Positions 8,770 through 18,179 of a DNA stretch of 64,000 nucleotides are shown here, piece after piece. Origin of the DNA: Chloroflexi bacterium ADurb.Bin180 (lineage in GTDB: Bacteria; Chloroflexota; Anaerolineae; UBA2200); contig MWCV01000007.1 of NCBI GenBank assembly GCA_002070215.1, positions 1,660-65,659 of the forward strand, written 5' to 3'. The first letter of the stretch is position 1, and each line of letters begins with the position of its first letter. A program made the position numbers and the translations under genes. The notes beneath the pieces were generated by a model. It saw nothing but the letters and a program-made list of their open reading frames with translations, made no database searches and was not told the origin of the DNA.

Positions 8770-10755
8770 CTAGACCCTGGCACTGTAGACGTTCAGTACC
8801 TCATCGTCGGCTTTCTCGAGCACCTTCAGGGTCACGGCGTCGCCGCTCTGTCCGTGGCGCTTGGCGTCATAGACCGGCAGGCCCAGTGCGGCACGCTTCT
8901 TGTCAATGTGCCTGAGGGCCCGGTCCACTGCCTCCTGTGCATCGGGCAGGAACTCGAGCCTCCCGCCCAGCCTGGCCTCCAGGCCGTCGCCCAGGAACTC
9001 GGTCACCTTCTTGCTGCCGGCGATGGGAGAGCGGCCGCCCATGATGGTGTAGACGCCAGAGCCGGCAAAGTAGCAGCCGATGGAAATGGCCTTCTCGCTC
9101 ATCCACTCTGGTGCAAAGCCAGCGCCCGGGAGGTCCGAGATGTCCTCGCCCAGGCCGCCTTCGCTGGCCATCTGGCTGAGCACGGTGAGAATGCGCGTAT
9201 TGTCGACGCAGCTTCCCAGATGGAGGACGGGCGGAATGCCGACCGTTTCGCAGATCTCGCGCAGGCCCGGTCCAGCGAACCTGGCTGCGTCAGGCGAGAG
9301 CAGCCCGTACTTGGCGCAGGCGATGGCGCCGCAGCCGGTCATCACCACCAGCACGTCGTTCTTGATCAGCTCCCGCACTGTGTACAGGTGGGTCTCGTCC
9401 TGGCACGTTCCGGCGTGGTTGCAGCCGACGACTCCCGCTGCTCCGCGCAGGCGGCCGCTGGCGACGGCGTCATTTAGGGGTCTGAACGAGCCGCGATACA
9501 TCCCGCCGAGGGCATAGTTGATGTACTCGTGCGAAAAGCCCGCTACCATTTGATCGATGTCGGTGGGGATGTGCGTCTGTTTGCGGTTCTTGTAATTATC
9601 GATGCCCATGCGCACCACCTGCTTGGCGATGTCGAGGGCACGGAGTTCGTCGAACTCGACGTGCGTCACGCCTTCGATGTGCGCTTTGGGCGAGGTTGTG
9701 ACTAGCTTGGTGTGGTAGTGCTGGGTTAGCGGTCCAAGGGCCTGCATGATGCACTGAATATCGACGACCATCAGGTCTACTGCCCCGGTGACAATGGCCA
9801 GCTCCTGGCTCAGGAAGTTGCCCAGCGAGGCGACACCCTGGCGCATCAACGTCTCATTCGAGGTACAGCACAGGCCACCGAGGTTGATGCCGGCAGCGCC
9901 CTTGGACTTGGCGTACTCAATGAGCTCTGGATCGTTGACCGCCACCAGGATCATCTCAGAGAGAATGGGCTCGTGACCGTGCACCACGACGTTGACCATG
10001 GTCTCGTCCAACGCTCCCAGGTTGGCCTTGGCTACCAGCGGGACGGGCGAGCCAAACAGGATATCGGTGATATCGGTGGACAGCATCGAGCCGCCCCAAC
10101 CGTCACCGAGCGAGACCCGGATCGCTGACATCAGCAGGGTCTCGTAGAATTGGTCGTTCCCGATGTGGGTCCGGTGCATGACGTCAACAATCTCGCGGTC
10201 GATGCCGCGCGGCATGATGCCGAGGTGACGCCAAATCTCCTGTCGCTTCTTCGGCGCGCGCTGCACATAGGCCAGCTCGCCAGTCTGCTGGCCGAACTGT
10301 GCCAGTGCTTTGGTGGCGACGTCCTTGGCTATCTCTATGGGCTCACGATCCTTGGTGGGCACATCCAGGTACTCGGCTACGGAGAGCAATTTGCGCACGT
10401 CGCGCAGCTCATAGTTTGGCGCGTGCCCTTCGGCCGCTGCCAGCAGGGTCAAGGCCATATCTCGGCCATGATCCGAGTGAGCGGCTGCTCCGGCGGCCGA
10501 CATGCGGGCGAAATTGCGGGCGATGATGGTCTCTGCGTCCGCTCCGCACACGCCCCGCTGTGGGCCCTCGCCGAACGGATCTACTCGGCACGGACCCTGG
10601 TGGCACACGCGGCAGCACAGGCCAAGCTTGCCGAACCCGCACTGTGGCTGCTGGGCTTCCAGGCGGTCCCAGGCGAGTTCGACTCCATCTTCGGCTGCAA
10701 TGGACAGCAGCTTTTGGATGGCGGGATCTTTCGACAGCCTACATGCATCGGTCAT
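8770..10755 (-). CDS. cooS: Anaerobic carbon monoxide dehydrogenase catalytic subunit
   Basis: 661 aa, N-terminal CGFGKLGLCCRVCHQGPCR B/D-cluster cysteine pattern of Ni-CODH. AGGAGG RBS 8 nt upstream of ATG at 10755. Confidence 0.92.
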   Translation of the reverse strand: MTDACRLSKDPAIQKLLSIAAEDGVELAWDRLEAQQPQCGFGKLGLCCRVCHQGPCRVDPFGEGPQRGVCGADAETIIARNFARMSAAGAAAHSDHGRDMALTLLAAAEGHAPNYELRDVRKLLSVAEYLDVPTKDREPIEIAKDVATKALAQFGQQTGELAYVQRAPKKRQEIWRHLGIMPRGIDREIVDVMHRTHIGNDQFYETLLMSAIRVSLGDGWGGSMLSTDITDILFGSPVPLVAKANLGALDETMVNVVVHGHEPILSEMILVAVNDPELIEYAKSKGAAGINLGGLCCTSNETLMRQGVASLGNFLSQELAIVTGAVDLMVVDIQCIMQALGPLTQHYHTKLVTTSPKAHIEGVTHVEFDELRALDIAKQVVRMGIDNYKNRKQTHIPTDIDQMVAGFSHEYINYALGGMYRGSFRPLNDAVASGRLRGAAGVVGCNHAGTCQDETHLYTVRELIKNDVLVVMTGCGAIACAKYGLLSPDAARFAGPGLREICETVGIPPVLHLGSCVDNTRILTVLSQMASEGGLGEDISDLPGAGFAPEWMSEKAISIGCYFAGSGVYTIMGGRSPIAGSKKVTEFLGDGLEARLGGRLEFLPDAQEAVDRALRHIDKKRAALGLPVYDAKRHGQSGDAVTLKVLEKADDEVLNVYSARV

Positions 10756-10853
10756 CTTCCAGTCCCTCCTGTAGAGATCCGGCGGGGTCGACCGCCTTCA
10801 GCCCCGGCGTTACGACCGCCGTTGAGTTCCGTTTCTTGCTTCATTTGGTTGCC

Positions 10854-11654
10854 CTACTTTCCCCGCTGGAAAGGAGAGGGCGTGGCCTTGAGCCCAACGA
10901 TCCAATCCGACGCCGCGATTTCGCGGCGGCAGTCCGGGCAGACTTCCAGCCAGGTCTTGATTAGCTCGAGCTTGTCAGCCAGTTTGTCCAGTTCAGCCTG
11001 CGGTGCAAAGTACTGGCCGCAGCGGACGCACTGACGTCTCGGCAGCGATGCGTTCCACTTGTCGAGCTTGCGTAGCTGCAGCACGTCCTGCACGTCGATG
11101 GCATGAGTGGGGCAGACAAAGGCGCAGGCTCCGCAGCCGATGCAGGCCTCTGATGGCTCGAGAAACGGCGTGGCCACCTCGCGTCCTGGCCCGCGCCCGA
11201 CAAAGCTGATGGCGCTCTCGCCGATCAGCTCCTCGCACACCCGCACGCATAGCCCGCAGAGGATGCAGTTCTCCTCTGGTTTGCGGGCTGCAAAGCGCGG
11301 CTGGCGCACTCCGAGTTCCTCGCCCAGCTCCTGGAGGAGCCTGACACCGGGGCACCTGGCCAGCAAGAGCTCGACCACGATGCGCCTGTTGCGCAGCACC
11401 CGGTCCGAGTGCGTTAATACCTCCAGTCCGTCTTCCCGCAGGTGGAACGTGCAGGAGGTGACAATTCGGCTGCGGTTGCCCCTCCTGATCTCCGCCAGGC
11501 ACAGGCGGCATGCGCCGTAGGGTGCCAGGGCCGGGTGGTAGCAGAGGGTAGGAATGTGAACCCCGATGGACCTGGCCGCTTCGAGCACAGTGGTGTCGAC
11601 GGGAACTCTGGCTTCATGACCATCGATGGTGGTGGTGACCAGCGTTTCGCCCAT
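10854..11654 (-). CDS. NuoG/HndD N-terminal-like iron-sulfur protein (2Fe-2S plus two 4Fe-4S, no catalytic domain)
   Basis: MGETLV start at 11654 overlaps TGA of the nuoF-like gene (ATGA). CYHPALAPYGACRLC 2Fe-2S pattern plus CILCGLCVRVC and CIGCGACAFVCP ferredoxin motifs. Confidence 0.75.
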   Translation of the reverse strand: MGETLVTTTIDGHEARVPVDTTVLEAARSIGVHIPTLCYHPALAPYGACRLCLAEIRRGNRSRIVTSCTFHLREDGLEVLTHSDRVLRNRRIVVELLLARCPGVRLLQELGEELGVRQPRFAARKPEENCILCGLCVRVCEELIGESAISFVGRGPGREVATPFLEPSEACIGCGACAFVCPTHAIDVQDVLQLRKLDKWNASLPRRQCVRCGQYFAPQAELDKLADKLELIKTWLEVCPDCRREIAASDWIVGLKATPSPFQRGK

Positions 11655-13507
11655 CACTCGACTCCTATGGCGCCGAACTTGCACACATCGGCGCAGAGTC
11701 CGCAACGGATGCATTTGGCCGGGTCAATGGCGTGGGGCTGCTTCTTCTCGCCGGCAATGGCTGACTCGGGACAGTTCCGGCGGCACACTCCGCAGCCGGT
11801 GCACTTGTCGGTAATCACAAAGTAGTGGATGAGGGCCCGGCAGACTCCGGCGGGGCACCTCTTTTCCTTGATATGCGCCTCGTACTCGCTGCGGAAATAG
11901 CGAATGGTCGACAGCACCGGGTTGGGGGCGGTCTTGCCCAGTTGACACAGGGCCGACTCTTGAGCCACGTGCCCCAGCTCCTCCAGCAGCTCGATATCCC
12001 CCTCTTGTCCTTGGCCCGCGCAGATGTCGGTGAGCGTCTCGAACATGCGCTGCACTCCCTCGCGGCAGGGAGTGCACTTGCCGCAGGACTCGTCGCGCGT
12101 AAAGTCCAGGAAATAGCGTGCCACGTCGACCATGCAGGTCCGGTCGTCCATCACGATCATTCCGCCGGAGCCCATCATCGAGCCGGCCTCGGTGAGCGCC
12201 TCATAGTCGACCGGCAGGTCGAGCAGCTCTTCGGGTATGCAGCCTCCAGAGGGCCCGCCGGTCTGTACGGCCTTGAACTTGCGGCCGCCCGGCACACCAC
12301 CACCGATGTCATTGATCAACTCACGCAGCCTGGTGCCCATCGGCACCTCAACCAGCCCGGTGTTGTTGATCTTGCCCACCAGCGAAAAGACCATGGTGCC
12401 TTTGCTCTTCTCCGTACCGATGGACGAGTACCATTCAGCACCGTGGTTGATGATGTGCGGCACGCTGGCCCAGGTCTTGACGTTGTTCAGGACCGTTGGC
12501 TTGTCCCACAGGCCACTCTCGGTGGCGTGGATGTCCTTGTCTCTGGGCTCGCCGACGCGACCCTCGACCGACCGCATCAGCGCGCTCGACTCGCCGCAGA
12601 CAAAGGCTCCACCGCCGCGGCTGATCTTGATCTCCAGGTCGAAACCAGAGCCGAGAATGTTCTTGCCCAGCAGACCCGCTTCTCTGGCCTGCTGCAGGGC
12701 GAGGCCGATATGCTTGACCGCCAAGGGGTATTCGTTGCGGACGTAGATATAGCCCGTGGAAGCGCCCACAGCGTAGGCGCCGATGATGATGCCTTCGAGA
12801 ACGCTGTGCGGGTTGGCCTCCAACAGGCTGCGGTCCATGAACGCGCCGGGATCGCCCTCGTCGGCATTGCAGATGACGTACTTGGGCTCTCCGTGGGCAG
12901 CGTGGGCCGACTCCCACTTGCGTCCGGTGGGAAAGCCTGCCCCGCCTCTGCCGCGCAATCCCGAGCGCTTGACGATGTCAATGACCGTATCGGGTGACAA
13001 ACCGGTGAGCACCTTGCTCAGGGCCGAGTACCCGCCCAGGGCGACATAATCTTCGATCGAGGTCGGGTCGATCCTGCCGTTATTGGCGTACAGGATGCGC
13101 TGCTGGCGCTTGTAGAACGGGATGTCGTCCTCGTGAGCGATGGCCTCGCCGCTATTCGGGTCGGTGTACAGGAGCCGGGAGACGATCTCCCCTTTGCGCA
13201 GGGTGGTAGCGATGATCTCCTGGACGTCCTCTGCCTTCACCCGCTGGTAAAAGACCTTTTGCGGGTAGATGACGACGATGGGACCGCGCTCGCAAAAGCC
13301 GTGGCATCCGGTGGCCTTGAGAGCGACAGTGTGGTCCAAACCGGCGGCGGCCATCTCACTCTGAAACGCATCCAGGACCGCTCTGGCGCCGGAGGCAGCG
13401 CAGCCTGTCGTGCTGCACACTGCTACCAGGGGCCGTGCCGGGTCGCGCTCCTTCAGCAGCGATTGTCGCCATTGGTCCAGTTCGGAGGCGGTGAGTAGCT
13501 TGTTCAC
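11654..13507 (-). CDS. NuoF/HndC/HoxF-like NAD(P)H-binding flavoprotein with thioredoxin-like 2Fe-2S N-domain and C-terminal 2x[4Fe-4S]
   Basis: GGAGFPTG and NADEGDPGAF FMN/NADH motifs, ESCGKCTPCREG N3-cluster motif, and C-terminal CTGCGVCRRNCP / CIRCGLCADVC ferredoxins. Confidence 0.9.
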   Translation of the reverse strand: MNKLLTASELDQWRQSLLKERDPARPLVAVCSTTGCAASGARAVLDAFQSEMAAAGLDHTVALKATGCHGFCERGPIVVIYPQKVFYQRVKAEDVQEIIATTLRKGEIVSRLLYTDPNSGEAIAHEDDIPFYKRQQRILYANNGRIDPTSIEDYVALGGYSALSKVLTGLSPDTVIDIVKRSGLRGRGGAGFPTGRKWESAHAAHGEPKYVICNADEGDPGAFMDRSLLEANPHSVLEGIIIGAYAVGASTGYIYVRNEYPLAVKHIGLALQQAREAGLLGKNILGSGFDLEIKISRGGGAFVCGESSALMRSVEGRVGEPRDKDIHATESGLWDKPTVLNNVKTWASVPHIINHGAEWYSSIGTEKSKGTMVFSLVGKINNTGLVEVPMGTRLRELINDIGGGVPGGRKFKAVQTGGPSGGCIPEELLDLPVDYEALTEAGSMMGSGGMIVMDDRTCMVDVARYFLDFTRDESCGKCTPCREGVQRMFETLTDICAGQGQEGDIELLEELGHVAQESALCQLGKTAPNPVLSTIRYFRSEYEAHIKEKRCPAGVCRALIHYFVITDKCTGCGVCRRNCPESAIAGEKKQPHAIDPAKCIRCGLCADVCKFGAIGVE

Positions 13508-14022
13508 GTTGCTGCCTCCCGCTCGGCCGCTGCTTTGGCTTCCGAACCTGACGCGGCGCTCGTTTCGCCGCTCCGATAGGCTTTGAGCACCCCGTCCACC
13601 TTGCTCACGGTCATCCGGCCGTGATATTCGCCATCCACCACGACCACGGGGCCGAGCGCACAGGCGCCGAGGCAGTTCACTGTTTCCAGACTGAACTGCT
13701 GGTCAGTGGTAGTTCCGCCGGGGTTCACACTGAGGGTTCGCTCCAGTTGCTCGAGGATCCGGTCGGCGCCGCGAACGTGGCACGCCGTCCCCAGGCAGAC
13801 CTGGATCAGGTGCTTGCCTCTGGGTACCAGACTAAAGGCACGATAAAAGTTGGCCACGCTGTAGACACGGCTGGGAGGAATATCGAGCAGGCAGGCCACA
13901 CGGCGAAGGGCGTCTTTCGGCAGATAGTTGTAGGCTACCTGCACTTCCTGGAGAACGGCGATGAGCATGGAAGGGTCAGCGCCATTGCGCTGCACTGCCT
14001 CGTCTACCTTGGTCAGGTCCAT
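13504..14022 (-). CDS. NuoE/HndA-like 2Fe-2S thioredoxin-fold subunit
   Basis: CLGTACHVRG...CLGACALGPVVVV 24-kDa subunit cysteine pattern; overlaps nuoF-like start by 4 nt. Confidence 0.85.
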   Translation of the reverse strand: MDLTKVDEAVQRNGADPSMLIAVLQEVQVAYNYLPKDALRRVACLLDIPPSRVYSVANFYRAFSLVPRGKHLIQVCLGTACHVRGADRILEQLERTLSVNPGGTTTDQQFSLETVNCLGACALGPVVVVDGEYHGRMTVSKVDGVLKAYRSGETSAASGSEAKAAAEREAAT

Positions 14023-14025
14023 GGC

Positions 14026-14553
14026 CTACCCCTGGCCGCTGGAGACCGGCAACTTGCCGGCCAGAACCTCGCGGGCTGTGCTGAGGCGCTTGTCGCGGGC
14101 GATGTCCTCCACGGTCTTGAAACGCAGGCAGTGAGTGGGGCAGGCAGCGACGCAGGCCGGCTCTAGGCCCTGACTCTGCCGGTCCACGCAGAGGTCGCAC
14201 TTGAGCACGACCTTGTCCGACTTGCGCATGCGCGCCGCCCCAAAGGGACACACCATGACGCACCACATACAACCGATGCACTTGTCGCGGTCGGCCAGCA
14301 CCCAGCCCTCGTCGCCCTCCTTGGTCAGGCAGTGAGTGGGGCAAACGCGCACGCAGGGGGCGTCATCGCAGTGCCGGCACTGGAGCGGGATGGGCATCTG
14401 TTCCACGTACTCGACCATAACGCGGTAACCGGGCCGGGGAACTTCGGTGATGGCTTGCACCAGGTCCTTCGAGGCCGAGTGCTCGACCGCGCAGGCGATC
14501 TGGCAAGCCTTGCAGCCCAGGCACTTTTCTACCTCGCAGATGATCCTCTTCAT
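14026..14553 (-). CDS. cooF: CooF-like 4Fe-4S ferredoxin (CODH electron-transfer subunit)
   Basis: Four CxxCxxCxxxCP-type motifs (CLGCKACQIAC, CRHCDDAPCVRVCP, CIGCMWCVMVCP, CDLC...CVAACP). Start MKRIICEV at 14553 with GGAGGA RBS; the ORF extension to 14646 is unsupported. Confidence 0.8.
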   Translation of the reverse strand: MKRIICEVEKCLGCKACQIACAVEHSASKDLVQAITEVPRPGYRVMVEYVEQMPIPLQCRHCDDAPCVRVCPTHCLTKEGDEGWVLADRDKCIGCMWCVMVCPFGAARMRKSDKVVLKCDLCVDRQSQGLEPACVAACPTHCLRFKTVEDIARDKRLSTAREVLAGKLPVSSGQG

Positions 14554-14681
14554 GATTAGCGCTTCCTCCGATTCTGGCTTTCTCAGCCGCGGCTCTGTCG
14601 TGCTACGGAAGGAGCCGGGCCCGCTGAGCGCTCTGGAGCGCAACATGGTGTGATCGGGTGTGTACTGCTCGCCCGTGACCG

Positions 14682-15020
14682 CTAGTACTTGCGAAAGTCA
14701 CCGGACATCTCCAGGTCTTTGATGTTGGTGCGCGTGGTGCGCGGGCCACCCTGGAACCACAGGGACGCGTCATCCTTGCCTTCAACCGTGTCCGGGAGCT
14801 GCCACTCCTGGTCCGGGCCGTAGCCGGCGCTGGCCAGGGCAGCCTGGAGCTGCTTTGAGGTTACCTGCTTGGGGTTGTAGTGCACAACAACACGCCGAAA
14901 GGCGCCGCTGGCGATTACCTGCTCTACTCCCTTGAGCGCGAGCAGGGTCTCGCGAACCAGGAGCACGTGGTGATCGGCGTACATCTTGGGAACCTGGAAG
15001 ACCTTCTTTTCCGTTGCCAC
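14682..15020 (-). CDS. Hypothetical small protein, HMA/ferredoxin-like fold with MYADHH in place of the MxCxxC metal site
   Basis: 112 aa and cysteine-free. KVFQVPKMYADHHVLLVRETLLALKGVEQV...YNPKQVTSKQLQAALASAGYG resembles a heavy-metal-associated domain with His substitutions. Confidence 0.45.
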   Translation of the reverse strand: MATEKKVFQVPKMYADHHVLLVRETLLALKGVEQVIASGAFRRVVVHYNPKQVTSKQLQAALASAGYGPDQEWQLPDTVEGKDDASLWFQGGPRTTRTNIKDLEMSGDFRKY

Positions 15021-15064
15021 CGTGATCCTCCTGTGAAGCTGAGTTGTTGCGGTTGTTCTTGTGC

Positions 15065-15094
15065 CGCAAGCGGGGGAGTTGTCTCCCCCGCTTG
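15065..15094 (-). terminator. GC-rich hairpin 10 nt downstream of the fhs stop (possible attenuator/partial terminator)
   Basis: gcaagcgggggag-ttgt-ctcccccgcttgc gives a 13-bp perfect stem with a 4-nt loop. No U-tract follows, so it is at most a weak terminator. Confidence 0.4.
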
Positions 15095-15103
15095 CGCCAT
15101 GCT

Positions 15104-16972
15104 CTACATTAGGCCTGTGATCCGGCCGGTCTCGAGGTCTACGTCGATGTCCATAAACACGGGTCGGGATGGCAGGCCAGGCATAGTGCGCATCGTGCCG
15201 CAGAGCGGGTAAAGGAATCCCGCACCAACGGAGGCGCGGATATCGCGCACCGGCAGCATATAGCCCTTGGGCACGCCCTTCCAGTCCTGGTTGTGCGACA
15301 GTGACAGATGGGTCTTGGCCATGCAGATGGGCAGCTTGTCATAGCCGAGCTCGGTGTACAGCTTGAGCTTGGCCTGCGCAGCAGCCTCAAAGAGGACTCC
15401 ATCCGCGCCATAGACCTCCTTGGCGATGATCTCGATCTTGTCCTTGATCGGGATATCCAGCGGGTAGAGGTACTTGAAGTCGACCGGTTTCTCGCAGGCT
15501 TCGATGACGGCATTGGCCAGATCGATGGTGCCGAGCTCGCCCTGCGCCCAGTTCGTACAGGCGTAGGCACCCTCGGCTCCCGCCTCCACGGCGGCCTTGC
15601 GGACCACCTCGATTTCCTTGTCCGTATCGGCGGAGAAGCGGTTGACGGCCACCACTACCGGCACGCCGAACTTTTTGGCCGTGCGGATGTGAGCCACCAG
15701 ATTGCCGGTGCCCGCTTCGAGCAGTGGGATGTTCTCTTCCTTGTAGGCTGCGGCCAGCGGCACGCCAGCCACTACGCGTGGTCCACCGCCGTGCATCTTG
15801 AGCGCGCGCACTGTGGCGACAATCACCACGCAGTTGGGAATCAGGCCACTGGCGCGGCACTTGATGTCCATGAACTTTTCCATGCCGATGTCGGCGCCAA
15901 AACCGGACTCGGTGACCACGTAGCCGCCCGAGGCCATCTTGACTGCCAGCCGGTCGGCGATGATCGAGGAGTTGCCGGGAGCGATGTTGGCGAAAGGCCC
16001 CGCATGCACAAAGGCCGGCCCGCCCGACAGCGTCTGCATCAGGTTGGGCATCAGCGCGTCCTTCATCAGGACGGTCATGGCCCCGGCTACTCCCAAATCC
16101 TCGGCAGTGACCGGGTTGCGGTTCTTGTCCGTGCCGATGACCATGCGGCCGATGCGAGCGCGCAGATCCTTGAGGTCGGAGGACATCATCAGGATGGCCA
16201 TTACCTCGCTGGCAACCGAGATATCGTAGCCGCTCTGGCGCGGGCGGCCGTCGTCCTTGGTGCCCAGGCCGAGAACGATGTTGCGGATGGCCCGGTCGCT
16301 GATGTCTACTACGCGGTTGAGCGTAATCCCGTAGGGGTCAATGTCCAGGCGGAAGAAGCGGCCGCGCTCTTCGGGGGTCAGCTCGGCCGGCGTCTTGGCG
16401 TTGATGCCCAGCTTTTTCAGGCGAACGAACATCCAGGGGGCGAACTTGCCATCGGGGCAGAGGGCCTTGGCCAGCTTATCGTCGGACTCGTCGTCTTCGT
16501 GCATGATGCGCGCGTCGACGGCTGCGGCCAGAAGGTTGTGCGCTGCGCTGACGGCGTGGATGTCGCCCGTGAGGTGGAGGTTGAAATCCTCCATGGGAAC
16601 AATCTGAGAATAGCCGCCACCGGCGGCACCGCCTTTGATGCCAAACGTGGGGCCCTGCGAGGGCTGGCGAATGCAGGTGATGACCTTCTTACCCAGATAG
16701 TAGAGCGACTCGCTGAGGCCGCAGGTGGTAGTGGTCTTGCCTTCGCCGAGGGGAGTAGGAGTGATGGCCGTGACGTCGATGTACTTGGCGTTGGGGCGGT
16801 CTTTGAAACGTTGAAGCACATCCAGGTGGACCTTGGCCTTGTACTTGCCATAATAGTCAAGGTCGTCTTCGGTCAGGCCCACTTCGGCTGCGACGTCGCG
16901 AATCGGTCGCAGCCTAGCCGCCTGAGCGATTTCGAGGTCGCTCGGGGTAGGCGACTTGATGTCAACAATCAT
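15104..16972 (-). CDS. fhs: Formate--tetrahydrofolate ligase
   Basis: 622 aa with the hallmark PTPLGEGKTTTT motif; GGAGGCA RBS upstream of ATG at 16972. Confidence 0.95.
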   Translation of the reverse strand: MIVDIKSPTPSDLEIAQAARLRPIRDVAAEVGLTEDDLDYYGKYKAKVHLDVLQRFKDRPNAKYIDVTAITPTPLGEGKTTTTCGLSESLYYLGKKVITCIRQPSQGPTFGIKGGAAGGGYSQIVPMEDFNLHLTGDIHAVSAAHNLLAAAVDARIMHEDDESDDKLAKALCPDGKFAPWMFVRLKKLGINAKTPAELTPEERGRFFRLDIDPYGITLNRVVDISDRAIRNIVLGLGTKDDGRPRQSGYDISVASEVMAILMMSSDLKDLRARIGRMVIGTDKNRNPVTAEDLGVAGAMTVLMKDALMPNLMQTLSGGPAFVHAGPFANIAPGNSSIIADRLAVKMASGGYVVTESGFGADIGMEKFMDIKCRASGLIPNCVVIVATVRALKMHGGGPRVVAGVPLAAAYKEENIPLLEAGTGNLVAHIRTAKKFGVPVVVAVNRFSADTDKEIEVVRKAAVEAGAEGAYACTNWAQGELGTIDLANAVIEACEKPVDFKYLYPLDIPIKDKIEIIAKEVYGADGVLFEAAAQAKLKLYTELGYDKLPICMAKTHLSLSHNQDWKGVPKGYMLPVRDIRASVGAGFLYPLCGTMRTMPGLPSRPVFMDIDVDLETGRITGLM

Positions 16973-17116
16973 CGTTGCCTCCTTGTCGTATGCAGTTTTC
17001 GGTCCTCAACCGAGCGTGGTTGTGATTAGGCACACGCCGGGCTAATTCTGGACGAGCAAGACGCAAAAGAGGCTGGCAGAACTTGTGATTTATTTCACTT
17101 CCCCGCCGCTTGAGCC

Positions 17117-17145
17117 ACTATATCATAGGTTGCCAAGCTTGTCAA
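17117..17145 (-). promoter_or_regulatory. Sigma-70-like promoter for fhs (TTGACA-N17-TATAGT on minus strand)
   Basis: Minus-strand TTGACA at 17145-17140, 17-nt spacer, TATAGT at 17122-17117. Lies in the 210-nt folD-fhs intergenic region. Confidence 0.55.
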
Positions 17146-17182
17146 GCAACCTTACACCAGAGGTCGCACGTGGCAGACCGCG

Positions 17183-18061
17183 TTAGCGAACCTGCCTGGT
17201 CGCCGCTTCGAGTACGTTGCGCAGGAGCATCACGTTGGTCATTGGCCCCGTGCCGCCCGGCACAGGCGTGATCATGCCGGCAACGTCCTGGGCGGCGGCG
17301 AAATCGACGTCACCGACCATCTGCTCGCCGACAAAGTTCACCCCAAAATCGATCACCACGGCACCGGGCTTGATCCAGTCGCCCTTGATCATCTGCGCTC
17401 GGCCGACCGCCGCGCACAGGATATCACCGCTGCGGCAAACAGCCGGCAGGTCGGCGGTGAGCGAGTGGCAGAGGGTCACTGTGGCGTTCTCGCGCAGCAG
17501 CAGCATGGCCATGGGTTTGCCGACAATGTTCGAGCGTCCCACGATGACGGCGTGCTTGCCTTTGAGCTCGACCTTGAACCGCTTGAGGATCTCCAGCCCT
17601 CCGGCGGGGGTAGCTGGAACAAAGAATGGCCCGACCATTGGGGGCCGGCCGACCGGTGCAACCTGGGAGAGTCGGCCGGCGTTGACCGGGTGCACTCCGT
17701 CAACGTCCTTCTGCGGGGAGAGGGCTTCCTTGACCACTGCCTCATCGATGCCCCTGGGCAGCGGCTCCTGCACCATAATGCCGTGGACAGAGGGGTCCGC
17801 ATTCATCCTGGCGACGAGGTCAACGATCTCAGCCTGTGAGGCCGACTCGGGGAGGGCGTGCAGGGCAAAGCCCATTCCGCGCGCCCCAAAGGCCTTTTCG
17901 ATCGCCTTGGCATAGCTGACCGAGGCCGGGTCTTCGCCGGCGCGCAGCACAGCGATGGTAGGCACCACGCCGTGAGCGGCCTTGAAAGAGGCCACCTCGG
18001 CGTTGATCTCTTCTTGCATCGTCTTGGCCAATTCGCGTCCGTTCAGCAGAATCGCGGTCAT
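17183..18061 (-). CDS. folD: Bifunctional methylene-THF dehydrogenase / methenyl-THF cyclohydrolase
   Basis: 292 aa, typical FolD sequence (HALPESASQAEI, GRSNIVGKPMAMLL, PVPGGTGPMT); AAGGAG RBS. Confidence 0.93.
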   Translation of the reverse strand: MTAILLNGRELAKTMQEEINAEVASFKAAHGVVPTIAVLRAGEDPASVSYAKAIEKAFGARGMGFALHALPESASQAEIVDLVARMNADPSVHGIMVQEPLPRGIDEAVVKEALSPQKDVDGVHPVNAGRLSQVAPVGRPPMVGPFFVPATPAGGLEILKRFKVELKGKHAVIVGRSNIVGKPMAMLLLRENATVTLCHSLTADLPAVCRSGDILCAAVGRAQMIKGDWIKPGAVVIDFGVNFVGEQMVGDVDFAAAQDVAGMITPVPGGTGPMTNVMLLRNVLEAATRQVR

Positions 18062-18179
18062 CTCTGTCTCCTTTTGTTCGGGCAGATTGCTGCCGCAGGA
18101 GGCCGCCTGAGCCCCTGTTCCCTCTCAGGGGCCGCGGTTTGAACGGGTCCGCGAGGCGCCGCCCGCGGCAGGAAAACAG

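Noticed and set aside
2224-9477. Long plus-strand ORFs 2224-3429, 3802-5208 and 7387-9477
   Set aside because: All lie antisense to acsC, acsD, acsB, cooS and the hydrolase, which have clear catalytic motifs. They are low-complexity Arg/Gly/His-rich translations with no recognisable domains.
15308-17029. 573-aa plus-strand ORF opposite fhs
   Set aside because: Antisense to formate-THF ligase, which has the PTPLGEGKTTTT hallmark; shadow ORF.
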